64,000 nucleotides of DNA from Podarcis tiliguerta (lineage: Eukaryota). The position numbers and the translations under genes are program-made. The stretch lies in NCBI GenBank assembly GCA_965153285.1, contig OZ229110.1; one strand, given 5' to 3'. Below the pieces are notes generated by a model. It had not been told where the DNA came from, ran no database searches, and worked only from the letters and a program-made list of their open reading frames with translations. Positions 52,293 to 64,000 of the stretch are shown one piece after another; position 1 is the first letter of the stretch, and every line of letters begins with the position of its first letter.

Positions 52293-52470
52293 CTACAGTT
52301 TGCTACACATGACGTTCTTATCCACTGTACCAACATCCACCGGTAGCTTCTAAAAAGCAAATGGAAAACATGAAGCAGTTACGTATCTGAAAGCTACACA
52401 AATCTCTCTTCCCCTGAAGCAACAGAAAGAAAGCAAAGAGGAAAGCACGATGTAACCACTTCCTGTTAAA
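52293..52470 (-). promoter_or_regulatory. Candidate ARHGAP15 non-coding 5' exon and proximal promoter
   Basis: Strong donor TAG|gtaagg at 52293, about 4.1 kb upstream of the first coding exon, which begins with an acceptor and so needs an upstream exon. ACAGGAAGTGGTT (ETS plus RUNX-like) at 52454-52466, and a second ETS core (CAGGAAGT) at 52891-52898. A long pyrimidine tract plus CAG acceptor also precedes 52413. Confidence 0.55.
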
Positions 52471-53160
52471 GGGAGTTAAGCACCCCCACAGCAAGTCATA
52501 CATGCAGTTGCATATATAGGAAGAAACTGAAGAGTATAACAGGCAAACGCTCTAGCATGAAAATTACTTAAAGCTACTGCAAGTAGACAAGCAGACTTTC
52601 AGAAGATCAGCAAAGCAGTTGAAAAGGAAATACGAGGAGGAATTAAACTAGCTGGAGTCTGAACCAACTTCCTTTTCCTCTGTTTGCTGCAGAAAATAAA
52701 AAGTCTTGCAGAAATTTACTTGGGCCTGTTGGAGGCAGATGCTTGGTTCTGCTGCCTTTTGCCATCTAATTAGCTCTTGAATTACAGCTCTAACTACTGC
52801 ATCTAGTTTACATTTGCGTATAACATTAGGTTTTTGGTGTTGCACTTCTGGCAAGCTTAATGTGCCGCTGTTAATGATCCTGCTTTGTCAACTTCCTGTT
52901 TGAAAATTACCTACATGAGAGACTTTGCCGAGGCCTCATACATCCTTGTTTGGAAGTCAGTTGCACTGAAATGAAAAGAGCTTACATGTTGGCATTTTTT
53001 GTATCAGCGTTCTACCAGACCAAGTCTAAAATACTGCTCTGTATTATGACTTTCTATAATTAGGGCATAAGGCACTATGAAGATGCAATTTCCATCTTCT
53101 TCTCTTATGCAATTTCCACTCATTCTGTAATGAACTATGTAGAATTTTCTACCGAGTCAC

Positions 53161-53322
53161 ACCCTGCAATGCACAAATCTCAACTAAAGTATTCATGGCA
53201 GATGACCACCCAACATCTGCTTAAAAACCTCCAATGAAGGAGAGCCCACCACCTTCCAAAGTAGCCCATTCCACTGGAGAACAGCTCTTACTGTCAGAAA
53301 GTTCTTATTGATGTTTAGTCAG
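53161..53322 (-). mobile_element. CR1 LINE 3' fragment
   Basis: Aligns by eye with 36434-36590 and 37778-37925 (aaaaacctccaa.gaaggagag.ccaccac...aacagctcttactgtcagaaag). Confidence 0.85.
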
Positions 53323-56300
53323 AGTTTATTTGAGATTTGTTCACTGTTGACTTTTTAACAGATTGTGCTCAATTCTTTGACTTCCATTTTCAACCATAGG
53401 GTAGGGTTGTCCAGGGACATACCCAGGATCCCCCCCCCCCTCTATATATATATAAAGCTCAACAACTTTTGTGTCCAGATAGGCCTTAAATACACACACA
53501 AGTTGCTGGAGCACAGAAAAAAATAGAAGAGGCAAGTTCCATGACCTTTTATACATAAGTGTTGTTGTTTTAAAATAATTCTGCACTTTAAAAAAATCAT
53601 ATTCTAGGGCTGAAGCAAGTTTTATAAATTGAGCAGACTGGATAATTTACATTAGGGTTGTATCTACCTAATCATACTGCATTGAAAACAGTGGATTTAA
53701 GTTAGTGAAGCCCATTGATTTCATCGGGTCCAATTTGAGAATGCCTTGTTTGGCTGCAACCCTTTTTATTTTGGCTGTTTTGAGAGGCTTTTATATTTAA
53801 AAGGATTCTAAATTTCATCTCGGGGCAGTCATGCATTTAAAGCTACTTAATTGCATTATATAATTTTGGAAAACTTTACAAACATGGGCCTAGTACTTCT
53901 CACTAATGCTAGTAAACAACTGGACTGAGTATTGACCACATTGTGTTATTTGTATCGCTTACAAATGAAAGAATGTTTATGAAAACAAAAGCTGAATATC
54001 CCCAAGAGGTATAGAAGGGCTGTCCATGCTGGGCCTCCTATGCCTATGGCCCTAAAGAAGCACATTTAGCAAATGAGGCCTACAGCCCTGAGGGGAGGTT
54101 CTTTAGTCCAGCTCCCATCAACCCCAGCAAATACAGTCAGTGCTCAAAAATGATGGGAACTGGGAAAGATGGACTCCCCACCACAAGTTTAAATGACAAG
54201 GTCTGCAGCACTGAGAGAGAACAGTTTACAAAATTAGGCCTACAGACCTGAGGGCACTGTGTTTAGAAATTAAGGTTGGGAAGAGTGACCAAGGGAAGTT
54301 GGTGGGCCTTGTCTCTCTCCCCCCCCCCCCCCCCCGTCATACGTATAGAGAAGACTGGCTGGTCTTGAAACTCTGAAATAGACAAACCTCTAAATATAGA
54401 CAAGTATAAGCTGCAGCTGCAACAGAACAATCCAGTGAGATTTATATAGCCAGAAAACAGAGATATGAGGAAAGTTGACAAGCCCACATTGAACCGAATT
54501 AACTAGCCAAATATATTGTAAACCTGTCACATACCCAGAGAAGCAGAACATAAAAATAAAAATCTATGCAAAATTTCAGTTGGACCCATGAAGAAAAGCC
54601 CTGTATGATGTTAAGGGAAGGAGCAAGTGCTTTTAACACTCCTTTTCTAAAATGCCAGTATCATAGTGAAAGAAGTTGTGCAACACAGCTTCCTCTTGTC
54701 AATATAGCTAATAGTGTCTTGTATACTATAAAGAGCTGGTAGTTTTGCATGTTGCTCAGACTTGAGCCTTCCAGGCTTCCTACCTAAAAATATCTGAAAT
54801 TTTGACCAAGTTCAGCACAACAAATTGGATGTTGAATTTACTTCAACACAATGAGAATGCTCCAGCCAGAAAACAAAACTTTCAGTTGTAGGCTAAATAC
54901 CTCATGAAATTCACTATAATTGTCAGGGTCAGTCCAGGACATTTTGCTGCTTCAGGCAAAATTGAAAATGCTTTGCCCTGCAACTACTGCTGCCTCCTCT
55001 GTGCCGGCCCGACTCCTTTGTCACCTCCTGTGGCCACCACCTCCATTTGATAAGGTGGGTTATTTTGCACCAGATTCAAGAAATTTCAGGGGAATAAGAG
55101 ATGACATACAGGCAATGCAGATGGGAAGACTTGAGGGAGGGTTTGCCCTGAAGGCAACAGCAGTGAAGGAAGATGAGAGAACAGATGAGTTCACCAAAGG
55201 ACACTGGATTACAATAAATAACAAGTACATTTCAAACCAATCAGATAATATATCTGTCTCTCTCATAATAAACCGCAATACAGTAGCTCATGAAGAAAAA
55301 TCAAATTGATAAATGGAGCCCCCTACCCATGTAACTAGAACAAGGTGTGTTGTTTGCTGAAAGGAAAATATTTGCACCCAGAACAGGTCTATAGAAGAAC
55401 AGTTTCTGTGATTAAACTTGTGATTAAAGTTTCACTCCATCCAAATTTCCTCTCTCTCTAGATTTGTTCACATTCAACTTTTATGATGCCACTGGTTTCA
55501 GCACCAAGCATAGCAGAGTCTACAGAACAGAGCTAGAGGCTTCAATACTCCCCATTACCAAAGCCCACTATCAGTATTTCAGTGGAGGTGTGCTGGAGGT
55601 GGTCAAATAATGTGTGAATTTCACCCCTTCCTCGATATAAGTAAGCTGTGAGCAACTGTGCATCCTTTCGTTTAGGGGTGGCTGTCATTAAGTGACAGTG
55701 TCACATAACTGATATTTGACAAGCTGGAAGCTGTGCCTGGTGCCATTGACAACAAACCCTCACTTATAATAGTCAGAGTGTATGTACAAAGCCAGCATCA
55801 CAAACACATGCTGATGCATTATTTAAAGAATGCTTTTGACAGGGTTTAGGAACATGTCAGCTGCAAATGCAGAGCATTCTCATTTGTGATAATGTTAAGA
55901 CCTTTAGGTGCTAAGAGCACCATGACAGAAGTACTGTGGTGTAAAAAAGAAAGAAAGAAAAGGCGGGGGGGATAATATATTCAGTTCAGTTTAAACAATA
56001 AGCCTCTCATGAAAAATATGTCAAATTCTTTACTACTGTCAATATGTTGAAAAGACAGATCCATTGCTATATCAGTATGGGGGTTAGAAGGAAGTGAAAC
56101 GTTAATTGTACGTACTTTTAAAAGACTCTGTACTTTATCAAAATGTAGTCTCTATAAAATTTGTATTTTTCAAAGCAAAATTCCTTTAACACTTTAACAT
56201 TATTCCAGTCACCCATTATGTTCAAGTAAGGAGGTCATATTTCACCTGAGTTAAAAGCAGGAACAACTCCAGTGGCAGCTACCACTTTGAGGACCCCCAT

Positions 56301-57091
56301 TTCCCAAAGATCTTACGCTCCTTTGCTTGAGGTATGTGCCCATTCTGTTTGTTGCTTTAATTTCTTTCATGGACCTTTTCATTTTTGCCTACATAAACCT
56401 TTTAATAAGGTCTCTCAAAATCGTCTGTTGGGTCTTTTTTGTGTGTGTGTTTGTGCCACACTTAAAAGGGTATTTACCCCACCCCATATCTAGACCATTT
56501 GGCATCCTACTACATGTGTATATCAATGGGATTTGCCTAAGGAAACCAAGCTGTCCTGATCTCCTAGGCAGAGACAGGGGTGGGATGGATGTTCCCTTCA
56601 TAATGCAGAAGGGCTAGTGGCAACAAATGTTGGTTTTGAGAGATCACAGTTACTTCTCTTCTTGTGCATGGAGGGAGGAGAGCTCATTACCTCTCTGTAC
56701 CAACACAGATGTAGATGGTTTTCAGGCTCCAATCCCAAGCTTTAGGACTTGTGGGAGAGGCCTTGATTGTGGTTCCATCTGCATCTGTTACATTATGTGG
56801 TGACCTAGGGTACTTATTCACTGTTTTGGTGTCTTTGTGGACTCCTTCCATCAGAAGTATGATTGTCCCCATCAGTACTGATTTTTCATCCTCCGGTAAA
56901 CATGTTTTTGTTCTATGAGGCATTTGAGAGAATTTGATGGGAACTGTTTTGCTTGTCATGATGATACCACTGGAAGTTACATGACTCTTGGTGGTAATGT
57001 ATATCATGTTATTGTATTTATTATTTGCTGTACACCATATTGGGATCCCTTTGGGATAAAGGTGGTTTAGAAATTAAATAAATAAACAAAA

Positions 57092-57290
57092 CATGGAGGA
57101 TGCTATCATTGGCTACTAGCTATGGTGAAGATGCTAGAGGTGTGCCTCTGAATACCACTTGCTGGGCTGAAACAGTGAACAGAAACTGGTTCTTTGGGGC
57201 TTCCCAGAGGCATCTGGTTGGTCACTGTGGGAAACAGGATGCTGAGCTAGATAGGCCTTAAGTTTGATCTACTAGGGCTCTTCTTATATT
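57092..57290 (+). mobile_element. CR1-type LINE 3'UTR of a second subfamily (weaker copy near 21560-21690)
   Basis: catggaggat.gctatcattggctactagc...gggcttcccagaggcatctggttggtcactgtgggaaacaggatgctgagctagataggcc...gctcttcttatatt. Confidence 0.65.
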
Positions 57291-58847
57291 AGGATATGGA
57301 CCTGCCTGATAATAAAAAAATGGCATTGTCATGGCACATAGATGGAAAGAGGCCAGACCCAAAGCAGAAAGCAGAATGGGCTTCATAGTTTTCAAGGGAA
57401 CCTTTTGCCCCTAGCCTAAACATAGCAGCCAAATTGGCATTGATCCAGCTAGTTACCCACACTTACGCTCTGTACATGGTTGAAGCCATTCATCCTTACA
57501 GCAGTTAGTCAATTTACTAATAAAAGAAGCAAGGTATTGACCCCAACGTCAAATATGTTTTTTTCCTCATTTACTAATAACATTTCATGATCTGACAAGT
57601 ATTTTGGCTTGGGTTTCTACCCTGATTATTTTGCCTTTTGATTGATAGTAGCTTAATTTCCTATAATCTGATTTGCCTTTTAGTTTAGATTTGTGAAATT
57701 TGTCTTCATTTGTGAAAATTGCTTAATGCATCTCTTTAGTGCGTCTAATTAATTTAATTCATCATTGTGAAAAAGAAACTGACATAATAAGCTTAGAAAT
57801 ATCAAGAAATTTGAGATGAATCAAACACACCCCATTCTTGCGTCACATAGTATGCATGTGTTTTATAATGATGTTGAATGATACAATGCCGTTAAACTCA
57901 AATTTTTGTTTCATTTTGTGATATTTTCATTTTTTATGTGATTTGTGACATCCAAACTTTTTTGTTAAATGAATTTCCTTGATTCTATTTTGTTTGTAAC
58001 AACCACAACAAATTCAGAAATAAAATGTCCATATGTGAGCCAAAATGCTTATTCGTCCTCTTCCTTATTTAGCATCTGCAATGTTCTAGCTACAAATAGC
58101 CACCATGTTTCTCAAATGCAAAATTCTGATCCTGCCAGGCAGATTGTTCTGTCAAAGGCTCTTTGCATGCATTTCTGGACCTGCTGTCTGGATATCTGTA
58201 TTCACTATCAACAAAGGGTAGTGGGAAATGCTAGTTCGGTAATTACACATTCAGTGACATACACACAGCAGGTGTTGATGAGATGGGGTGCACATGTGTA
58301 TCCAGACTTTAATGCCATGAAGTCTTCATTGTGACTGCACCATGCACATAGGATATGCCTTCACTTTATCTTGTGATATACATGGGAATTCACACACATC
58401 CCTCCAGGGTTGTTTTCTTCATTTCTTATCTATATGCAACTAGTGCTGTCCAAAACAGGAGAAATCAATGTATTTTGGTCTGAGGGCCACAATGGCCCAC
58501 AGCCAACTCTTTAGGAGGCTGGAAAAGTAGGTATGGTCTAAGTGGAAAACTGACCATTCAGTTATAAAGCTAGCATCCACAAGAATTGCCCATAAGCCAT
58601 TCTACTCTATTTTCATGCTTTAAAAAAATCATTCATTATTAAATTCAGTAATATATATATATATTAGGACAGGTTTTGTTTTTTCCTTCTTGCCTTTTTG
58701 TCTTTTCCTAGTGTGGATGGATGGGTGACTATGCTACTAACTTTGTATGTATCAAACGGTTTTGTACCTATTTGTATTTCTAATCTTTTTCCAGTTAAAA
58801 AAGAAAAAAGGTAAGAGATTTTTATATGAAGGACCACCTGTACCCAC

Positions 58848-59274
58848 TGTTGTAGTCTCGCTGCTGAGCAACAACTCGCAGAGCTCAGTGGAGTAGGAGG
58901 CCAGCCAACTGGAAGAATCTCTGAGATATACTTACCTGGAGGCAGAGTCAGCATACGAAGTCAGGTCCAGTCCTAGGGTTCAGCAAACAGCAATCCACAT
59001 GGTCAGATAGTCCAGGGGTCAGGGAACCCAAGATCATGGGGTCAAGGATTAAGATGAGCAGGAGGCAGCAAGGTAGAGCCAGGAACTACAAGTGTTGTTA
59101 CCAGCATTTGACTGTTGCTGGAAGTTCTGCTTAAGACGGCCACAGCCAGCTGGTTCTCATCAGTCCCTTATCCTCTGTGTCCTTGAAGGCTGATCAGCTG
59201 CAGGTGGAGTCACTCCACCTTTCTCCCCTTCAGGCTGCTATTCAGCAGGTGAAGATGACTCCTGGCCCATGACA
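58848..59274 (-). mobile_element. Probable solo LTR (Gypsy-like) inserted into an L2 fragment
   Basis: Termini TGTTG...TGACA with degenerate 5-bp flanks cccac/ctcat. The flanks (tgaaggaccacctgtaccc | ...gggccttttcagtggttatcccatatctctggaactctctcc) join into an L2-like 3' ORF2 segment. Orientation is inferred from a TATA-like cttaag near 59130. Confidence 0.5.
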
Positions 59275-59423
59275 CTCATACACACTTGCTTTGGCCTTAA
59301 TAACTGCCTCAGAGGTTATGCTCGCAAGTCTGCCACACAGGTGGGCTATAGAGATGGGGCCTTTTCAGTGGTTATCCCATATCTCTGGAACTCTCTCCTC
59401 AAAGAATGACTTTCTTAAGTGTA

Positions 59424-59618
59424 ACATTTGCATTCCACCTCTTCTCCAAATTGCTCAAGGTGGCATGCATGGTTCTATCCCACTTAGTTTTATCCCCATA
59501 AATGTGGGGGAAATTAGGTTGAGAGTCAGTAGCTTTCCCATGATCGTCTAGTAAGCTTCAAGGTCAAGTGGGGATCTCAACCAGGTCTTGGTCCAGTGGT
59601 CTAATCACTAAACCATAT
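59424..59618 (-). mobile_element. MIR/L2-type tRNA SINE
   Basis: Typical squamate SINE layout in reverse: ttctccaa..gctcaaggtggc...ttttatcccca...taggttgagag...gtggggatctcaaccaggtct...cactaaaccata. Confidence 0.6.
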
Positions 59619-59647
59619 TTTCATGAATGGCCCCGTATCTGCGAGCT

Positions 59648-59698
59648 TTTATGATGTTTGATTATTGATGTTTTATGATGTTATGATTATTGATGTTT
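59648..59698. repeat. Short tandem duplication (tttatgatgtt[a]tgattattgatgt) x2
   Basis: Direct repeat visible in the sequence. Confidence 0.7.
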
Positions 59699-60629
59699 CA
59701 TAAGAACTGCTGTCCTGGTCTGTTAAACTACAACAGTTCTAAGTAAATTTAAAGTAACTTGATTGTTTTATATTATATATTGCTTGCGAGTCATCTTGGG
59801 TGGGATTTTGCCCTGAAAAGCAGTATATACACTTTTTTTTTGTACTATCACTTGTACATGCCACTTAAAAGTTGGAAAATACTAACTACACTTTGGATGG
59901 TATTTTATACTATTCTCTATCATGGAAACTATTATAAATAGGAATTACTTGAATTCTATTAATTGCTCATCACAGTTTGTGTTACCAGGGTTGGCTGAAT
60001 GTTCCAGAGCATGCGCAGAACACATTGCTTTTTGTTTCTAAGAAAACAACAGATGTAAGGAATAACATATCAAAACGCCATCTTATAGAATAAGATACAT
60101 AAGCTAGGGAATAAATCATTTGCAAGGCAATACTTAAAATAGATTTTATTGTAATGTATGTGTATATTGTAGTGTGTGTGTGTGTGTACACACACATACA
60201 GATATATGCCTATACTGCATAACACAAACAGTAACACATTATGAAAATTGCAGATCAAATAAATGGTAGTGTATTTATAGTTGCAATCTTGCTGATAACC
60301 TTTTCCCAGCAATATTTGCTTTAAACTGAAATCCAGAGTTGTCTACATAGCTTTTGTAAGTGCAACAGCTCTAAATGTCTGCTTCAGCAGAAACCTTTTC
60401 TAGCAACTGACATATCCCTTTCTATATTATATAGGAAAGTTTTCAGCCAATGAAGTGAGGCAAATGTAAATTTGGGCTTCAGAAATTCAGATACACTAAT
60501 ATTTAAAGTCCCAATATACTGCCTATTTGCACTATGATTATTTTATTCTATTTTGGAGAGCAGTGAGTGATCTAGGGTGACCGAGTGAAAGCTGATAGAG
60601 TCTGCACGTGCCCTGTGTAAGAGCAGAAT

Positions 60630-60803
60630 TTGCTTATTTATTAATTTATCACACACCTTCCACCCTAAGGTCCCAAGGTGGGTTACAACATTATATAAAA
60701 CACAATGTTAAAAACAGTTTATAATAACTTTCAATCACAAAAGTAAGGTGGGTCTTCAAATACGTGTATACCTCAAGTGTCAAAAGCCAGAGTAAAGAGG
60801 TGC
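60630..60803 (-). mobile_element. L2-type LINE 3' end
   Basis: (ttat)n tail, ccttccaccctaaggtcccaaggtgggttaca and aaaagccagagtaaagaggtgc. Interrupted by the adjacent CR1 fragment. Confidence 0.6.
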
Positions 60804-60805
60804 AA

Positions 60806-60982
60806 AAGAGCTATTCGACAGTGGAACAGACTCCCAGGAGAGGTGGTGGACTCTCCTTCCTTGAAGGTTTTTAAGCAGAGGTTGGATGGCCACCTGTCGT
60901 GGATGCTTTAATTGAGATTCCTGCATTGCAGAATTGGACTAGATGACCCTCCAAGTCCCTTCTAATTCTACATGGACTATGA
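60806..60982 (+). mobile_element. CR1 LINE 3' fragment
   Basis: cagtggaacagactccc...ggtggactctccttccttgaaggtttttaagcagaggttggatggcca...ttcctgcattgcag...ttggactagatgaccct is the reverse complement of the 36390 copy's 3' end. Confidence 0.9.
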
Positions 60983-61003
60983 AAATACATATGGGGCAGT
61001 TGT

Positions 61004-61245
61004 TGTTGGTACCTTTGGTTGCATACGCTTCAGGTTACATACACTTCAGGTTACAGACTCTGCTAACCCAGAAATAGTGCTTCAGGTTAAGAACTTTGCT
61101 TCAGGATGAGAACAGAAATCATGCTCTGGCGGCGCGGCGGCAGCGGGACGCCCCATTAGCTAAAGTGGTGCTTCAGGTTAAGAACAGTTTCAGGTTAAGA
61201 ACAGACCTCCAGAACAAATTAAGTACTTAACCCGAGGTACCACTG
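61004..61245. mobile_element. Tigger-like MITE, same family and orientation as 47708-47946
   Basis: Right end TAACCCGAGGTACCACTG|TA is intact; the left TIR is eroded. The body is closely similar to the other two copies. Confidence 0.9.
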
Positions 61246-62731
61246 TAGAACACATAGAGTTCATTAGGTGAATTGTGAGCAAGTATCTGATCTTTTATTC
61301 CTTCGTGTAAAATAAGAAGCAAAGTTACACCCTTCCTCATCACTTCACTATGAGGTCAACTGGATGCATATATGCTTTTTGAACTGGTAAGAAATAAGCA
61401 CCAAAAATTATGATTCTTCAGCTTTTCCCAATGTGTGAATTTAAAAGAGAGATATTGAAAGTAAATAGAAGATGACACCAGCTTCCCCTCTGGTCTTTTG
61501 AAGACTGAACGATTCTGCACGCATACATACGCTATTCTACACAAAACAGATTCTGAGCTAATTTTTTCTTAAGAGAGGCTTTAAAGTATAAAACTCATCA
61601 AACATCTTGTCCTCTGAGACAATGTCATCTAAGTTCAAAGAATGAACAGCCCTACAAAAACAATGTCTTATTTCACTGCATGTTTGAGTTGATGAAATTG
61701 AACTGTTTTTTATCTTTTCTGTAACTTAAAAAAAGTTGGAATAATCAAGCTTCCAAAGCTGAAAAGCAGTATTTTATATATTCATTAGCACATATGTAAA
61801 GATTTGCACCAGAAGGTAAAACATTTTAAATATTTTTCTGGGAGAGACTTTGTTTATGATTCAGGGTTAACTCAAAAACAAAAGTTACACAAGTTATTCA
61901 TGTTAATGAGGGCCCCTTTAATTATTTCTAATTTAGAGATGAATGAACTTCAAACACATTTAAATTTGGTCAAGAATCTCACTGTATTTCCTTTCAACTG
62001 AATGCTGTTTCAAAGGTAGCCAGCCCTTTTCCCTGTGCTGCTAAGGTCTTGTTCATAGGATATCATATACTGTATAGATATTAAGAAAGAGCCACAATTT
62101 AGGCTCCCATGAGCGAACTGTTCCACTTCTCCACTTATCTGTTATGCCTGGAAATGGATAAGAGATAACAAGAGGAAGCTCCCACTTCACCATCAACTCT
62201 CCATGGGATTGTGGACATAATATAATCTCTCATCCTGAGTGTGACAACTGTAAAACTGCAGTGAGGATCTATAAGAATTTGCAGCCCATTCACTTCCCTC
62301 AGTCTGAGCCTCCCTCTTTCTGCAAACAAATGGGTGGAATCGCCATGCCACCTTCTGCTGTCAGGTTTTGGAGATGCGCCTTTCCTACAGCTGCAGCTTT
62401 GAGGGCATCTTCTAGCAAGGTAGCTATCTTTTAGGAAGAAGAATTACAGGTTAACCTCACCCAGCAGTCACAGGCTACAAGGGCTAGCAGCTGCCTTTCC
62501 TTCCAGCAGAACCCTGATACTTTTCAGCACATGAGAGAAATGAGTGCCTAAACAGGGCTCCCATGTGTAAAAAGCTAGCATATTAGGAGAAAAGCTTCTA
62601 ACCCACTCCTTCCTGTTCAAGATCTCCACTTGCAGGTGGTTTTTAAAAAACCTGCAATACAGAAGAGCATTGAAAAGGTGAACCTACTGTTACATTTCAT
62701 TCTACTACCTTTCTGCTGCCTGTATCAACTA

Positions 62732-62972
62732 CAGTAGTACCTCAGTTTATGAACATAATCCATTTCAGAATTCCGTTCTTAAACTGAAAACGTTCTTAAA
62801 CCAAGGCACGCTTTCCCTAATGAGGCCTCCCGCTGTCAGTGCCCTTCCACCGCTCGGATTCCGTTCTTAGACCGAGGTAAAGTTCACAAACTGGGACACT
62901 ATTTCCAGTTTTGCAGAGTTCGTAAACCGAATTGTTCTTAAAAAGGACTGTTCTTAAACCGAAGTACCACTG
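62732..62972. mobile_element. Tigger-like MITE, related subfamily
   Basis: TA|CAGTAGTACCTCAGTTTA ... TAAACCGAAGTACCACTG|TA, with repeated gttcttaaacc motifs. Confidence 0.88.
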
Positions 62973-63165
62973 TATTCTTGGGGGGGAAATACATACAAAA
63001 CTTGTCTTTTAGGGGAAAGTGCATATAAAAAATATGTACCATTTTAAACTAATATTTTATAGGTGGTTGAAGGGATGCAAAACTGGCTTGAAATGGAAAC
63101 AAGCCAATTCATCCATCCCTGCTTAAAAGTGCAATCTTGTTACATATCCCTGCAGAAGCAAAATA

Positions 63166-63579
63166 CAGTGGTGCCTCGCAAGACGAAAAGAATCCGTTCC
63201 GCGAGTCTCTTCGTCTTGTGGTTTTTTTCGTCTTGCAAAGCAAGCCCATTAGCGGATTAGCGCTATTAGCGGTTTAGCGGCTATTCGCGGCTATTAAAGG
63301 CTTAAGGGATTAGCGGATTAGCTGCTAAAAGGCTATTAGCGCCTTAGATCAGCTGATAAGCAGCTTAGCGATCAGCTGTTAAGCGGCTTAGCGAACAGCT
63401 GTTAAGCGGCTTAGGGGCTTGGGAAAAAGGGGGGGGGGACCCCAGGAATCGCAAGGCATTTTCGTCTTGCGAAGCAAGCCCATAGCAAATTCGTCCTGCG
63501 AAGCACCTCCAAAACGGAAAACCCTTTCGTCTAGCGGGTTTTCCGTCTTGCGAGGCATTCGTCTTGTGGGGCACCACTG
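63166..63579. mobile_element. Tc1/mariner-pogo MITE with internal degenerate minisatellite
   Basis: TA|CAGTGGTGCCTCGCAAGACGAA ... TTCGTCTTGTGGGGCACCACTG|TA. Many cgtcttgcga subterminal repeats and a central (ttagcgg)-like array at about 63249-63420. CpG-rich. Confidence 0.92.
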
Positions 63580-64000
63580 TACCATTGAGATCAACGGGGA
63601 TTATTCCCAGGTAAGTAGGCAAAAGATTGCAGCTTCAGGATTATTCCCAATGCTAGTCCAATTCAGAGCAGACCCATTGAAACCAATGGACATAAGCTAA
63701 CATTAGACCATTCCTTTCAATGGGTCCACTCCAATTCGACTACCCACTGCATCTTTTTGTACTGGTGTGCTTTGGCCTCAGATTAGGGCACACAGGAATT
63801 AAGGGCTGACTAAATGCCTTAACTTTCCCCACAGCCTTTTGTACTGTACTACCATGACACAAATTCTACCTGCCTGTTGTCTCAATAGTGACTATAGCAT
63901 ATGTCCTTACTTTAAAATACCTGTAATTTCCCCCCCATACAGGGCTAGAATCACATTCTGATGTGCTAGTACAATACTTGCAGGGAATTTTTCAAATGGA

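Noticed and set aside
58928-58950. ATACTTACCTGG resembling the U1 snRNA 5' end
   Set aside because: The match stops after 12 nt with no U1 stem-loops or Sm site. It is better read as a minus-strand splice donor.

Overview
This is vertebrate genomic DNA from a squamate reptile, most likely a lacertid lizard judging by the repeat families. It is not prokaryotic, and almost all ORFs in the supplied track are spurious. The window holds the 5' part of ARHGAP15 (Rac-specific RhoGAP) on the minus strand. Five coding exons with canonical GT-AG boundaries (47997-48161, 17176-17250, 12753-12811, 7520-7607, 481-570) splice in frame to MQRFMSADTS...VIEP/ISRHRRNHSQ...EQT/VIKEGCLLKAKIADGGKKQR/KNWMTSWLVL...ANL/KAGYKPEWVDLCGAHIEWTKDKSSKKNVFQ, i.e. 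the N-terminus and most of the PH domain. The gene continues beyond position 1. A candidate non-coding 5' exon with an ETS-RUNX motif lies at about 52.3-52.5 kb. The introns contain Tc1/mariner-pogo and hAT MITEs, CR1, L2 and BovB LINE fragments, tRNA-derived SINEs, a probable solo LTR, a 312-bp AT-rich hairpin element, several AT-rich blocks that retain CpG and resemble conserved non-coding elements, and two N-runs. The most interesting leads are: a probable LTR carrying a perfect gene-oriented 5' splice site upstream of a hybrid first/internal exon; a uORF ending exactly at that exon's donor; N-runs embedded in unique CNE-like sequence, which may be masked ultraconserved elements; and inverted MITE copies bracketing exons 3-4. 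I found no convincing novel protein-coding system. Repeat family names are assigned from memory, without a database search.
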